A stretch of 46,850 nucleotides of DNA from a virus. Lineage: Duplodnaviria; Caudoviricetes. A model generated the notes under the pieces. The model saw only the letters and a program-made list of their open reading frames with translations. It was not told where the DNA came from and did no database searches. Below are positions 8,214 through 15,846 of the stretch, piece by piece. Every line of letters starts with the position of its first letter. Within the stretch, counting starts at the first letter, position 1. Both the position numbers and the translations under genes were made by a program. The stretch covers positions 1 through 46,850 of IMG/VR virus record IMGVR_UViG_3300031643_000002, one strand, 5' to 3'.

Positions 8214-8426
8214 CAGTCACCGCCTTTCAGGGCTTCACCTACTATGTCCTTAACACCTTCGAGTACATGACGCTTCGCATCGTACAAAATTGAGTCTAAT
8301 GTCATACCAGAAGCTTTTAGTACCACAGCGGCCTTTTTTAGGTCGGGTTTCGGGAATACCTCAAGTGGATAGGCTTGTGCCCAATTGTCTATTTTTTGTA
8401 AAGCTTCTATAAGCTTATCGTTCTCG
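8210..8426. repeat. About 214-bp duplication, copy 2
   Basis: Near-identical to 5254-5467. Confidence 0.9.
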
Positions 8427-8558
8427 TCTTTGAGTTTTATGTTTTCATCAAACAACGCATTTATATTTGTTGTTATGAACTTGATTCTCTTTCGGAGATA
8501 TTCAATCTCTTCGGATTCGGTACGATTACCACATCTGCCCCCTACCAGTTTTAGCCAT
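8213..8558 (-). CDS. Paralog of the 5257 gene; apparent frameshift near its start
   Basis: RBS-led ATG 8558 gives MAKTGRGQMW*; the +1 frame is open from about 8557 to 8213. Confidence 0.55.
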
Positions 8559-8578
8559 TATCAGTCTCCTTAAACCCT

Positions 8579-9070
8579 TCATTCTCTTTGTAAATCATAT
8601 ATAACTTTTTTAAGCGACCATATTCGCATGGTTGCGAGTTCATTAAGTTTAATGCGTTCAGCGTTTGTGATTTTACGAGCGGATTTGTTTGTAAACGGAG
8701 TTTTTATTATTTCTGTTTTTCTAAAGTTATTCGGTTGCAAATCCGGTCGGACAATGAACAGGCCGGCGCGTTCAGGAATTAGTTCCAAGGCTTGATCCCG
8801 CAACTTTTCAGGAACCGCAAAGTATAAATATTTGATTCTATTGCTAAAATGGTTGTGTTTCTTTTTCTTGTCGGCTTTGAGATCAGACAAAGAGACTTTG
8901 ATTTCAATTTCTGTGGCCCATCCAGCAGGGGTAACTATCATTAAATCGAGTTCGTACCTAAAACCCAAACCATAGTACACATTTGGAACTATCAAGTTTT
9001 GTCGCCACTTGTAGCGATAAGCAAGAGCCAATTCTATGTCTCCAGCGTGCATCTTTGGCTTCTTAGCCAT
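8579..9070 (-). CDS. MmcB-like PD-(D/E)XK nuclease
   Basis: ELDLMIV...EIEIKVSLSDLKAD...YLYFAVP...PERAGL. Confidence 0.75.
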   Translation of the reverse strand: MAKKPKMHAGDIELALAYRYKWRQNLIVPNVYYGLGFRYELDLMIVTPAGWATEIEIKVSLSDLKADKKKKHNHFSNRIKYLYFAVPEKLRDQALELIPERAGLFIVRPDLQPNNFRKTEIIKTPFTNKSARKITNAERIKLNELATMRIWSLKKVIYDLQRE

Positions 9071-9087
9071 TGTCTTTGTCCTTCTAA

Positions 9088-9489
9088 TTAGGATTGCGCC
9101 TCGTGGCTCAAATGCCGGAAAATACTTTGTTTGGCATTAAGAGTAGCCATTGTGGTTTCTATTTTAGTGTGAAGGCCTTTGTACTCATTGGTAGCTATCT
9201 CTAACGCCGCTTTTTCTTTCCAACACAATCCCGCGGCAAATTTAGCCAAGACAGTTGCCGGTATTGTTTCGGGTAATAGGACGTTCTTCGTCTCGCTTTT
9301 TTCCTCATATTCTATTTGGCTGATTTTACCTCTGGACAATTTAGCCATAGCCACCGCAAATGTCACATCGTAATTCGCAATAGCATCGGCCTTGTCCTGT
9401 CCGGCTTTATCGAGTTTTTTCAAAAGATTTTCGAGCCATCCGATTCTACGATTTATATCTTCCTGTACTTCTATTATATCTAAAGCCAT
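9088..9489 (-). CDS. Coiled-coil hypothetical protein
   Basis: AAGGAG RBS, TAATG overlap. Confidence 0.75.
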   Translation of the reverse strand: MALDIIEVQEDINRRIGWLENLLKKLDKAGQDKADAIANYDVTFAVAMAKLSRGKISQIEYEEKSETKNVLLPETIPATVLAKFAAGLCWKEKAALEIATNEYKGLHTKIETTMATLNAKQSIFRHLSHEAQS

Positions 9490-9920
9490 TATTTCTCCTT
9501 ATGTCTCTTTTTGTGACATACTTGACATAGCCATATAACATCTAACGGCTTGTAATAATCTTCGTGGTGACCGTGTATTAATCTTTTTTGTCCACATTCG
9601 CTACATTTACGGGGCTTTTTCAGTTTGCCACTCCTAACAGCATTGCCAACAATTATATGAGCAGCATAGGCCATTGGTTTCATTTTTCGGAACACTTTAG
9701 TTCTTGCTATATTCATTGCCATTCTATGAGGCAATTTACTACGTTCCCTATCATAACGCCTGATGCGTTCAATGTTTTTGTTGCGATGTTCCAAAACATC
9801 TTTTTTTGTACATTCTTTACACTTTCCCAAATGGCCATCTTTCATTTGAGGATGTTTGTAGAAATCTTCTGGGTCTTTCCACTCTTTGCACTTAAAACAT
9901 TGTTTTTTTACTTCAATCAT
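9489..9920 (-). CDS. HNH-type endonuclease with N-terminal Zn finger
   Basis: CFKC...CKEC; CSEC...HGHHEDYYKPLDVIWLCQVCH. Confidence 0.75.
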   Translation of the reverse strand: MIEVKKQCFKCKEWKDPEDFYKHPQMKDGHLGKCKECTKKDVLEHRNKNIERIRRYDRERSKLPHRMAMNIARTKVFRKMKPMAYAAHIIVGNAVRSGKLKKPRKCSECGQKRLIHGHHEDYYKPLDVIWLCQVCHKKRHKEK

Positions 9921-9943
9921 AATCTTTCCTTTCAAATATGCCA

Positions 9944-9971
9944 ATTATAACATATTCAAAATGGATGTCAA
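9944..9971 (-). promoter_or_regulatory. Consensus sigma70 promoter ahead of the HNH gene
   Basis: TTGACA-16 nt-TATAAT with extended -10 TG. Confidence 0.75.
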
Positions 9972-9984
9972 TATAAATTCCATT

Positions 9985-10566
9985 TTAGAAAGGAATTGAG
10001 TCATCTTGCGGCGGTGATGGGTTATCACCGACATAATCCGGGTTTGGACCGGACGGCTGGGTAGGGCGATCTGTTGTATTGGCGTTTGGGTAAATAAGAG
10101 CCTCTATGGCCGATAGGAACCTCTCTGCCATCGCCAATATTTGGCTTTGAGTATCTATGCCCGGCGGGGCGTTCGCGGCTTGAGCGGCCTGCTGTGGCCT
10201 CTGAGGGGGGTTCCGTGGGGCGTTCTGGCTTGATTGTTGATGTCTCTGGGGATTTGCGACCCAAAAACCGGAATATCCCGTATAAGACTTCTGTTGGCCC
10301 GTTGACTTATCGGTAAAAGTACCATCATAGGCATATAAACTGAACACTTGCTGAGTACCCAATAAATTTACAGCGGGGGCGTCTTTGTAAAGAGTAACTT
10401 TGTGCTTCTCACCGGTTGTATCGGTAATTACACAATCATGGCAAGCCGTTTTGTTTGCGTTGAAATATGTACCTTTTAGTTCATTCAAAACAGCATACAT
10501 ATCTAACCTCTTTGGGTAATTACCGTCTTTTTGGCCTTTAATCTGTTGTATTGCTTGAAAGTTCAT
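9985..10566 (-). CDS. Single-stranded DNA-binding-like protein
   Basis: Beta-rich N-terminus, Q/P linker, acidic tail DDSIPF. Confidence 0.6.
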   Translation of the reverse strand: MNFQAIQQIKGQKDGNYPKRLDMYAVLNELKGTYFNANKTACHDCVITDTTGEKHKVTLYKDAPAVNLLGTQQVFSLYAYDGTFTDKSTGQQKSYTGYSGFWVANPQRHQQSSQNAPRNPPQRPQQAAQAANAPPGIDTQSQILAMAERFLSAIEALIYPNANTTDRPTQPSGPNPDYVGDNPSPPQDDSIPF

Positions 10567-10684
10567 GCTGCTCCTTTTCCTTTTCCAGTTTTTCTCTGTA
10601 AGCCATCGCCTGACTCACTTGACTATCTGCCCACTCAAGACGGCAGTCTATACATTGACAGTTATCTGGATGATCCATTGTCAT
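10538..10684 (-). CDS. Small Cys-containing hypothetical protein
   Basis: AGGAG RBS; HPDNCQCIDC. Confidence 0.55.
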   Translation of the reverse strand: MTMDHPDNCQCIDCRLEWADSQVSQAMAYREKLEKEKEQHELSSNTTD

Positions 10685-10688
10685 TCTC

Positions 10689-11507
10689 CTATATCCCGAA
10701 TGTTTGCTTGAATTTTTCTCTGGCATCGAGGAAACTATCGAACTCTTTTTGAATATCCGTACAGACAATAGGCTTGTAATATCCGCACTTATTGTCTGTT
10801 GGTCCGACTTTGAAGATGACAAGCTGCTCGATGTCTTTAAGGCACATCGCATAAGCCGCAAGTTGTCGCATATCGAAGTAGTTCCGCTTAATGTCTATGA
10901 TAGACCGCTTGCCATCGAATTCTCCGAGAATGTCATAAGTGCCGGCATAACCGTAATCATCGTTAAAGACTTCACCTTGATAGCCTTCGATTTGACCTAT
11001 CTTCTCCCCGAACTTTTCCATGAAAGCCCTGTGGGTACAAGTGTTCCAGTGAAAACCCAAATTGCCCATTCTTAAAAGAGCAACATCTTTTTGTAATGTG
11101 CTATTTTCGTCGGGGTCAATCCACTTACCTGTTTTTAGATATTCGATTATCAATGCTTCGATAATATTGCCCTGAGAAGCATATTGGGCCAATTCATCAT
11201 CTGTGAATTTTTTGAAGATAGTATGCCGGTTTCCCCACCCGATTACGGTCGTAACCGAAATATACTTATTGCCGTTCTTGTGATACCATCTGAAATTCCG
11301 ATATCGCTTTTGTAAAAGTTCCGCCCTTGCCCTCTTGTCTTCCATTTCAAATAAATGACACAGGTATTCGTTGCAACTTTTAATCGTTTCTTTGTAATCG
11401 TCACCATCTACGACCTCTGCCGTTATAGAGAACGAAGGTCGTAGATTCTCATAGTTGCCAGTAGGAAGTACACCGCTACGACTTACTGTTATTTCTTTGA
11501 TTGCCAT
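10689..11507 (-). CDS. PD-(D/E)XK exonuclease (RecB/Cas4-like fold)
   Basis: YISVTTVI...YAGTYDI...IIDIK...QLAAY. Confidence 0.8.
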   Translation of the reverse strand: MAIKEITVSRSGVLPTGNYENLRPSFSITAEVVDGDDYKETIKSCNEYLCHLFEMEDKRARAELLQKRYRNFRWYHKNGNKYISVTTVIGWGNRHTIFKKFTDDELAQYASQGNIIEALIIEYLKTGKWIDPDENSTLQKDVALLRMGNLGFHWNTCTHRAFMEKFGEKIGQIEGYQGEVFNDDYGYAGTYDILGEFDGKRSIIDIKRNYFDMRQLAAYAMCLKDIEQLVIFKVGPTDNKCGYYKPIVCTDIQKEFDSFLDAREKFKQTFGI

Positions 11508-11548
11508 CGGTCTCTCCTTTCAGAGCTTCTTCAATATCTCGTAAGCCA

Positions 11549-11620
11549 TCAGCTCTTATTCCACTTCGCTTCATACCATTCATCGCTTCCCTGAATACAG
11601 TCAATGACTTGACGTTTCAT
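11549..11620 (-). pseudogene. N-terminal remnant of a YqaJ/lambda-exonuclease-type gene
   Basis: MKRQVIDCIQGSDEWYEAK then stop; QGSxEW is the typical YqaJ N-terminus. Confidence 0.55.
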
Positions 11621-11949
11621 CATTCTCCCCTCGAAATATGGACCTCAATCGTTGGCCCATCAGCCGAAATGTATTCCAACACAACTCGCTCATCGGTTAT
11701 CGTAGGCCCGGTGTACCAATAGCCCTGAATGTCAATTCCAGCAAGGACGGAGTCTATTAGGCTCCACAGTTTCGTATGACAGTCCTGGCAAATGCCATTG
11801 CTGAATTGCCGGTAACAATCCATGCAGTAATAATTCCCGCAAGCCTCGCACTCGAAGGTTTCGCGGGTAGTATTACCACAACCAGCACAATCAACCAATG
11901 GCTCATCTACCACAATATTGTGACCTGATTGTTCGTAGTGTTCAGACAT
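11620..11949 (-). CDS. Zn-finger hypothetical protein
   Basis: Four CxxC pairs; GAGGAG RBS. Confidence 0.7.
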   Translation of the reverse strand: MSEHYEQSGHNIVVDEPLVDCAGCGNTTRETFECEACGNYYCMDCYRQFSNGICQDCHTKLWSLIDSVLAGIDIQGYWYTGPTITDERVVLEYISADGPTIEVHISRGE

Positions 11950-11987
11950 TATTGTTCTCCTCGTGGATGTTACCCATGACTTCAAGT

Positions 11988-12488
11988 TTAACTTACTTCC
12001 TTAATAATTTGACGATGCGTCGCAACAAGTTTATCTTTCCCACAAATTACTTTGCCCCAGATTCTTACTCTTGTTAAAACAGAATCATTTGGTGCATAAA
12101 TTCTCGCTTCTTCTGGCAGCATGGAAGCGTGCAACCCGCATTGACACATTTGTATTTTTGATTCATTCAATACATCCCCGATTGAAACATGACGGCCCAA
12201 ACGCAAAACATAACTACCATCTTCGGATTTACGGATATAATGATAGGCTAACCACGATTGTTCTTTGATTATCTCAATCTCTATTTTGCCGTCGCCGTAG
12301 CCGTCGCCGTCGCCGTCGCCGGAGCCGTAGCCGTAGCCGTAGCCGTCGCCGAAGCTGGAGCCGTAGCCGTCGCCGAAGCCGGAGCTGGAGCCGTAGCCGT
12401 CGCCGAAGCCGTAGCCGTGGCCGTCGCCGTAGCCGAAGCCGTAGCCGTAGCCGTAGCCGTCGCTTAATTCCACGGTTCTTTCCTCCAC
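11988..12488 (-). CDS. Gly-rich (GYGDG repeat) protein with C-terminal CxxGLH domain
   Basis: ORF translation; CQCGLHAS. Confidence 0.75.
   Translation of the reverse strand: MEERTVELSDGYGYGYGFGYGDGHGYGFGDGYGSSSGFGDGYGSSFGDGYGYGYGSGDGDGDGYGDGKIEIEIIKEQSWLAYHYIRKSEDGSYVLRLGRHVSIGDVLNESKIQMCQCGLHASMLPEEARIYAPNDSVLTRVRIWGKVICGKDKLVATHRQIIKEVS
12288..12463. repeat. Hexamer tandem repeat GCCGTA/GCCGTC encoding GY/GD
   Basis: Directly visible degenerate 6-bp units. Confidence 0.9.
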
Positions 12489-12760
12489 ATTTCTACAGCC
12501 TCTTTAGTAACATCCATAATTGAGGTTACTCCATTCAACTTAATTTTCGGGATAATCGGCGTGATACGCGACCCTTTTTGTGGCCCTATTGAGGCAAGTC
12601 CTAATACGCCTTTTGTGGCCGATGACCAATGAACGGCCATTTGCGCATCTTTCAAGACCGCTATTTCAATTTTCTCATCATGCTTGACAAGCTCGCCGAA
12701 AAATACACCACGCCTGGTATTGTCTGTCGTTACTACAACCATTCGTTTTTTCTCTGCCAT
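12464..12760 (-). CDS. DUF6948-like phage protein
   Basis: RGVFFGEL...W...GLASIGP...; usual partner of the Gly-repeat gene (from recall). Confidence 0.7.
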   Translation of the reverse strand: MAEKKRMVVVTTDNTRRGVFFGELVKHDEKIEIAVLKDAQMAVHWSSATKGVLGLASIGPQKGSRITPIIPKIKLNGVTSIMDVTKEAVEMWRKEPWN

Positions 12761-12784
12761 TATTTTTTCTCCTTATTTCGTAAT

Positions 12785-12923
12785 TTAATCTGGTTTATCG
12801 TGGATGTTGCCGATGACTTTGCCGCGTTCTTCAATAGCTCTTTTAAGACTTATCATTCGCATGAATCACATCCCCATACACCCATACACCTTCTTTTGTC
12901 ATGCCTCGATAATCATTTATCAT
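12785..12923 (-). pseudogene. YopX-family gene, internally deleted
   Basis: N-terminus YRGMTKEGVWVYGD and C-terminus KVIGNIHDKP lie in different frames, close together. Confidence 0.7.
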
Positions 12924-13248
12924 TTATCTATCTCCTCAAGGGCCGCCACAAATATTTCGGTGACCCTTCGTGTCCTTCGTGGTTCAATATTTTTGTTTTG
13001 TTCTCGCCGTAAAGCACAGTTCAAAAAAGGCTGCCGCCGCCGCTACTAACGCCATGACTAACCGCTTCGGTCTTATCATCGTTCATTTCCTTTCTATATT
13101 GCCGGGGATGCCGGCCGGCCTCCGTGCCGGCTTTACTTGCCTCTGGGGTTGTAAGTCTCAGTCTCCTAATTGCATTGACATAACTTACTGTTTTTCGGCT
13201 CATCAAAATTCTCCGTGCCTTGCATCCCCGACCGATACTCGTACTCAT

Positions 13249-13929
13249 TTACTTTCTAAATCTTGCGACCACACCCGGCATGTGGCGTGACACCCATTGA
13301 AAATCAACTTCAACTAAACCGGCCCTGCTCGTGTAAAATCCATCGAAGTTCGGCAGGCTCGGCAGGCAGTGAAGGTGGGTGAATTGGTGAGGCAGGAAAA
13401 ATGCCTCTGGAGTATTCCAAACGCCTAACCATTTTGTATTTTCGCCATCAGCAAACTCCTCTATCTCCAAGTTCACGTACTTAGGCTCAGGCTCGGGCTC
13501 AGGCTGATAATTCTTATATACTTCCCTGCCTTTTTGCGTGGGAAAATAATATCCACGAAAGCACTCAACCAATCCCATTTTTACAAGTGTATGCTGATTG
13601 GGTTTTCCAATTACAGAACCATCCCAAACAGGCTCTTTGCCATTACCCGGGATCGAAGCAATAACAATGCTTCTTAGTTCTTCGTACAAACCTTTATCTA
13701 ACTCAGGCTCGGGCTCAGGCTCAGGCTGATAATCGGGCTTGATGGCGTAGGTTAGATCTTCTCTTTCGTTGCCTTTGATTTTACCAGAATCTGTTCTCCA
13801 TTTATTAAGAATATAAACCAGTCTATTTTGCCACCCGACAGACTCTAATACTTCCTGTTCTTCCGGCTTCATAAGCCCGAAGGCTCGGACATAGTCCTTG
13901 TCTTTTAGTTTTTCGATAAGATCGTTCAT
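13249..13929 (-). CDS. Hypothetical protein with duplicated YQPEPEPEP linker
   Basis: 226 aa ORF; GAAAGG RBS. Confidence 0.75.
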   Translation of the reverse strand: MNDLIEKLKDKDYVRAFGLMKPEEQEVLESVGWQNRLVYILNKWRTDSGKIKGNEREDLTYAIKPDYQPEPEPEPELDKGLYEELRSIVIASIPGNGKEPVWDGSVIGKPNQHTLVKMGLVECFRGYYFPTQKGREVYKNYQPEPEPEPKYVNLEIEEFADGENTKWLGVWNTPEAFFLPHQFTHLHCLPSLPNFDGFYTSRAGLVEVDFQWVSRHMPGVVARFRK

Positions 13930-13949
13930 TGTTATCCTTTCTAAAAGGT

Positions 13950-14060
13950 GCCAGCGTGGGACGGGTAGGATTGGCCTACCTGAGGATTTCTATCGAACCG
14001 GTCCACTCACGACGGAAGCGATAGATATGTGTATGCGTACACGCCGCCGTCCCTGCTGGC
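13950..14060 (-). ncRNA. tRNA-like structured RNA B
   Basis: GGGACGG/CCGTCCC acceptor-like stem, GTAGG-CCAAT-CCTAC T-like arm, TCTATCG/CGATAGA central helix, outer GCCAGC/GCTGGC. Confidence 0.5.
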
Positions 14061-14130
14061 ATTATTTATTTTTCAAATATATGCCTCAGATAACCCGCTG
14101 AGGCACCGGGGTAAATATGAAACGCTCTAA

Positions 14131-14204
14131 TAGCAGGGGCGGGATTCGAACCCGCGACCTCATGATTATGAGCCATGCGAGCTGCCAGACTGCTCTACCC
14201 TGCG
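14131..14204 (-). tRNA. tRNA-Met (CAT), initiator-like, CCA not encoded
   Basis: CGCAGGG TA GAGC AGTCTGGCA GCTC G CATGG CTCATAA TCATG AGGTC GCGGG TTCGAAT CCCGC CCCTGCT A. Confidence 0.93.
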
Positions 14205-14213
14205 GTAATAACA

Positions 14214-14419
14214 ATGGGCCAAGGCCGTCCCTGGCCCATCGTCGGAGGAGGGTGATGACACAATAAAGGATGGAAGATGGAGGCCAAGTGAAGTCGGGCA
14301 TTGGCTTTTCAGGTAAGAAGTGTCGTTCCCGCCCGGCGCCGTCCGTGACCATCCGTGCGCAATCCTTCCATCCATTTGTGACCGATATTAGAGGAGGAGC
14401 CGATTGGCGAATATCGGTC
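14214..14419 (-). ncRNA. Candidate sRNA with ANGGA motifs and CTCCTCC loops
   Basis: Several hairpins; five ANGGAN motifs; two anti-SD-like tracts. Confidence 0.4.
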
Positions 14420-14429
14420 TGATAATGAC

Positions 14430-14604
14430 TGGCCGGCGGGCAGGATTCTAACCTGCTGCCGTTATTGTGGCTTGCTCCCTGCTAAGAGAGTCGACTTAAA
14501 CTAATAAACTAAGCCGATGAACAGTTAAGCTCACTGGTCTGTCCGGTCTCTTTAGTTCGCTTCTGGTTCCACAAAACAACCAAGAGAACGTCCGAGCCGC
14601 CGGC
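14430..14604 (-). ncRNA. tRNA/tmRNA-like structured RNA A (175 nt)
   Basis: CCGGCGG/CCGCCGG stem ending CCA, T-arm GCAGG-TTAGAAT-CCTGC, no D stem, long interior helices. Confidence 0.6.
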
Positions 14605-14624
14605 ACTAATTCGTATGCCGATAA

Positions 14625-14804
14625 CCATTCGGGCCCCACGCGATGAGACATTGGTTTGCTACTCAACTTCTAATCAAAGGTGTACCTATCGCCAAAGTGA
14701 GCAAAATGCTCGGCCATGCCTCGATCAGGACAACAGAACGCTCTTATGCACATATCCTGCGTTCCGATCTTGCGAATGCCACCGATGTTCTTGATGAGTT
14801 ATGA
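14625..14804 (+). pseudogene. Tyrosine recombinase/integrase C-terminal fragment
   Basis: PFGPHAMRHWFATQLLIKGVPIAKVSKMLGHASIRTTERSYAH: HxxRH, LGH and catalytic Tyr; in-frame TAA at 14622-14624. Confidence 0.85.
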
Positions 14805-14806
14805 AC

Positions 14807-14818
14807 TTGTAAAAGAAC
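14807..14818 (-). promoter_or_regulatory. boxA-like antitermination motif upstream of the RNA cluster
   Basis: GTTCTTTTACAA resembles rrn boxA. Confidence 0.4.
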
Positions 14819-14829
14819 CTTGGTATTTA

Positions 14830-15207
14830 TCATTTCTCCGAATCCGCCGGGCCGACGCTGTCGCGTGCTGACTCCGATCCTTGATTCGTGTTTTTACTAT
14901 TCTTATCGCAGAAATTTTCATCTCTTATACTCGCTCCAATTTCAAAAGCCTTGCAGACCGTCGGATTTCTATTTTCTCTCACCCAATTCTTGCACCAGGC
15001 AGGTGTTGACCATTCACACTTGGGCGATAACGGCACATGCAGATCGCATATATTACATTTAGCCAGCAACAATATCGCCAATCTCAGCCTTTGCCAGAAC
15101 GTATAATGGCGGATACAGTCGCCTCCAAAAGCCATGACCCCAAAGCCGCCTTCTTGGCTCTTCGACCTTGCCAGTTCACCGTCCATAAATCCAAAATGCT
15201 TTTTCAT
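14830..15207 (-). CDS. Hypothetical Cys-containing protein
   Basis: 125 aa ORF. Confidence 0.55.
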   Translation of the reverse strand: MKKHFGFMDGELARSKSQEGGFGVMAFGGDCIRHYTFWQRLRLAILLLAKCNICDLHVPLSPKCEWSTPAWCKNWVRENRNPTVCKAFEIGASIRDENFCDKNSKNTNQGSESARDSVGPADSEK

Positions 15208-15253
15208 TCTGAATTCTCCATTCTCAATTCACGCCGCTTCATCTTGACATTTC

Positions 15254-15454
15254 CTATTTACGACCGCAGTGGGATACCCCACGTGGTGTCTTATTTTCGA
15301 TTTTGGTTTTCGGGCCATCGCCTATTTGCATAGAAATACTTTCAATATCTTTTCCATTGACAATCGACTGCATCTTGTTCTGAAAATTCTTAAAAGCCCT
15401 ATTTACCCTTTTTTGTTGAGCTTTATATAATTTATTCTTATCACGCCGCTTCAT
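15254..15454 (-). CDS. Small basic hypothetical protein
   Basis: Start and stop both lie inside repeat copies. Confidence 0.6.
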   Translation of the reverse strand: MKRRDKNKLYKAQQKRVNRAFKNFQNKMQSIVNGKDIESISMQIGDGPKTKIENKTPRGVSHCGRK

Positions 15455-15510
15455 CTTGACATTTCCTATTTACTGCCACAGTGGGACACCCCACGTGGTT
15501 TCCCATTGCT

Positions 15511-15846
15511 TCAGAGCCTGCTTATCAGTTTGGTAATCAGTGTGTTTACGAGTTCTCGAAGGAACATCCGCTCTTTCTCGATTCTCATGTGCTTATCCGC
15601 TCCCAGGGCCTTAACGGCCGCCAGCCGCCGCTCGTCCTCCTCCCGATGCTCCTCGACAGTCATCCTGTTGAGCAGGTCGATATACCATTGATTATCGTTA
15701 TCCTCGTAGGCGTACAGCCATTTACGGACCGTATCCCAACCTGCATCAGCCACCCATCGAGATAAGACCGGTATGTACAGCCAGACAAGTGCCAAAACAG
15801 CTTCGTTCTGAATCCCTTCGACAAATTCAAATATCTCTTTCGACAT
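15511..15846 (-). CDS. Hypothetical protein (MSKEIFEF...)
   Basis: GAAAGGGG RBS before ATG 15846. Confidence 0.7.
   Translation of the reverse strand: MSKEIFEFVEGIQNEAVLALVWLYIPVLSRWVADAGWDTVRKWLYAYEDNDNQWYIDLLNRMTVEEHREEDERRLAAVKALGADKHMRIEKERMFLRELVNTLITKLISRL

Noticed and set aside
5254-8426. DGR template/variable repeat pair
   Set aside because: No reverse transcriptase, and mismatches are not confined to adenines
10689-11507. Cas4 of a CRISPR system
   Set aside because: No Fe-S Cys cluster pattern and no CRISPR context; ordinary phage exonuclease next to SSB
12258-12467. Plus-strand AVAVAV ORF
   Set aside because: Antisense shadow of the GY/GD repeat
14430-14604. Canonical tmRNA (ssrA)
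   Set aside because: Too short, no G3-U70, and no Ala-ending tag or evident pseudoknots; kept as tRNA-like RNA
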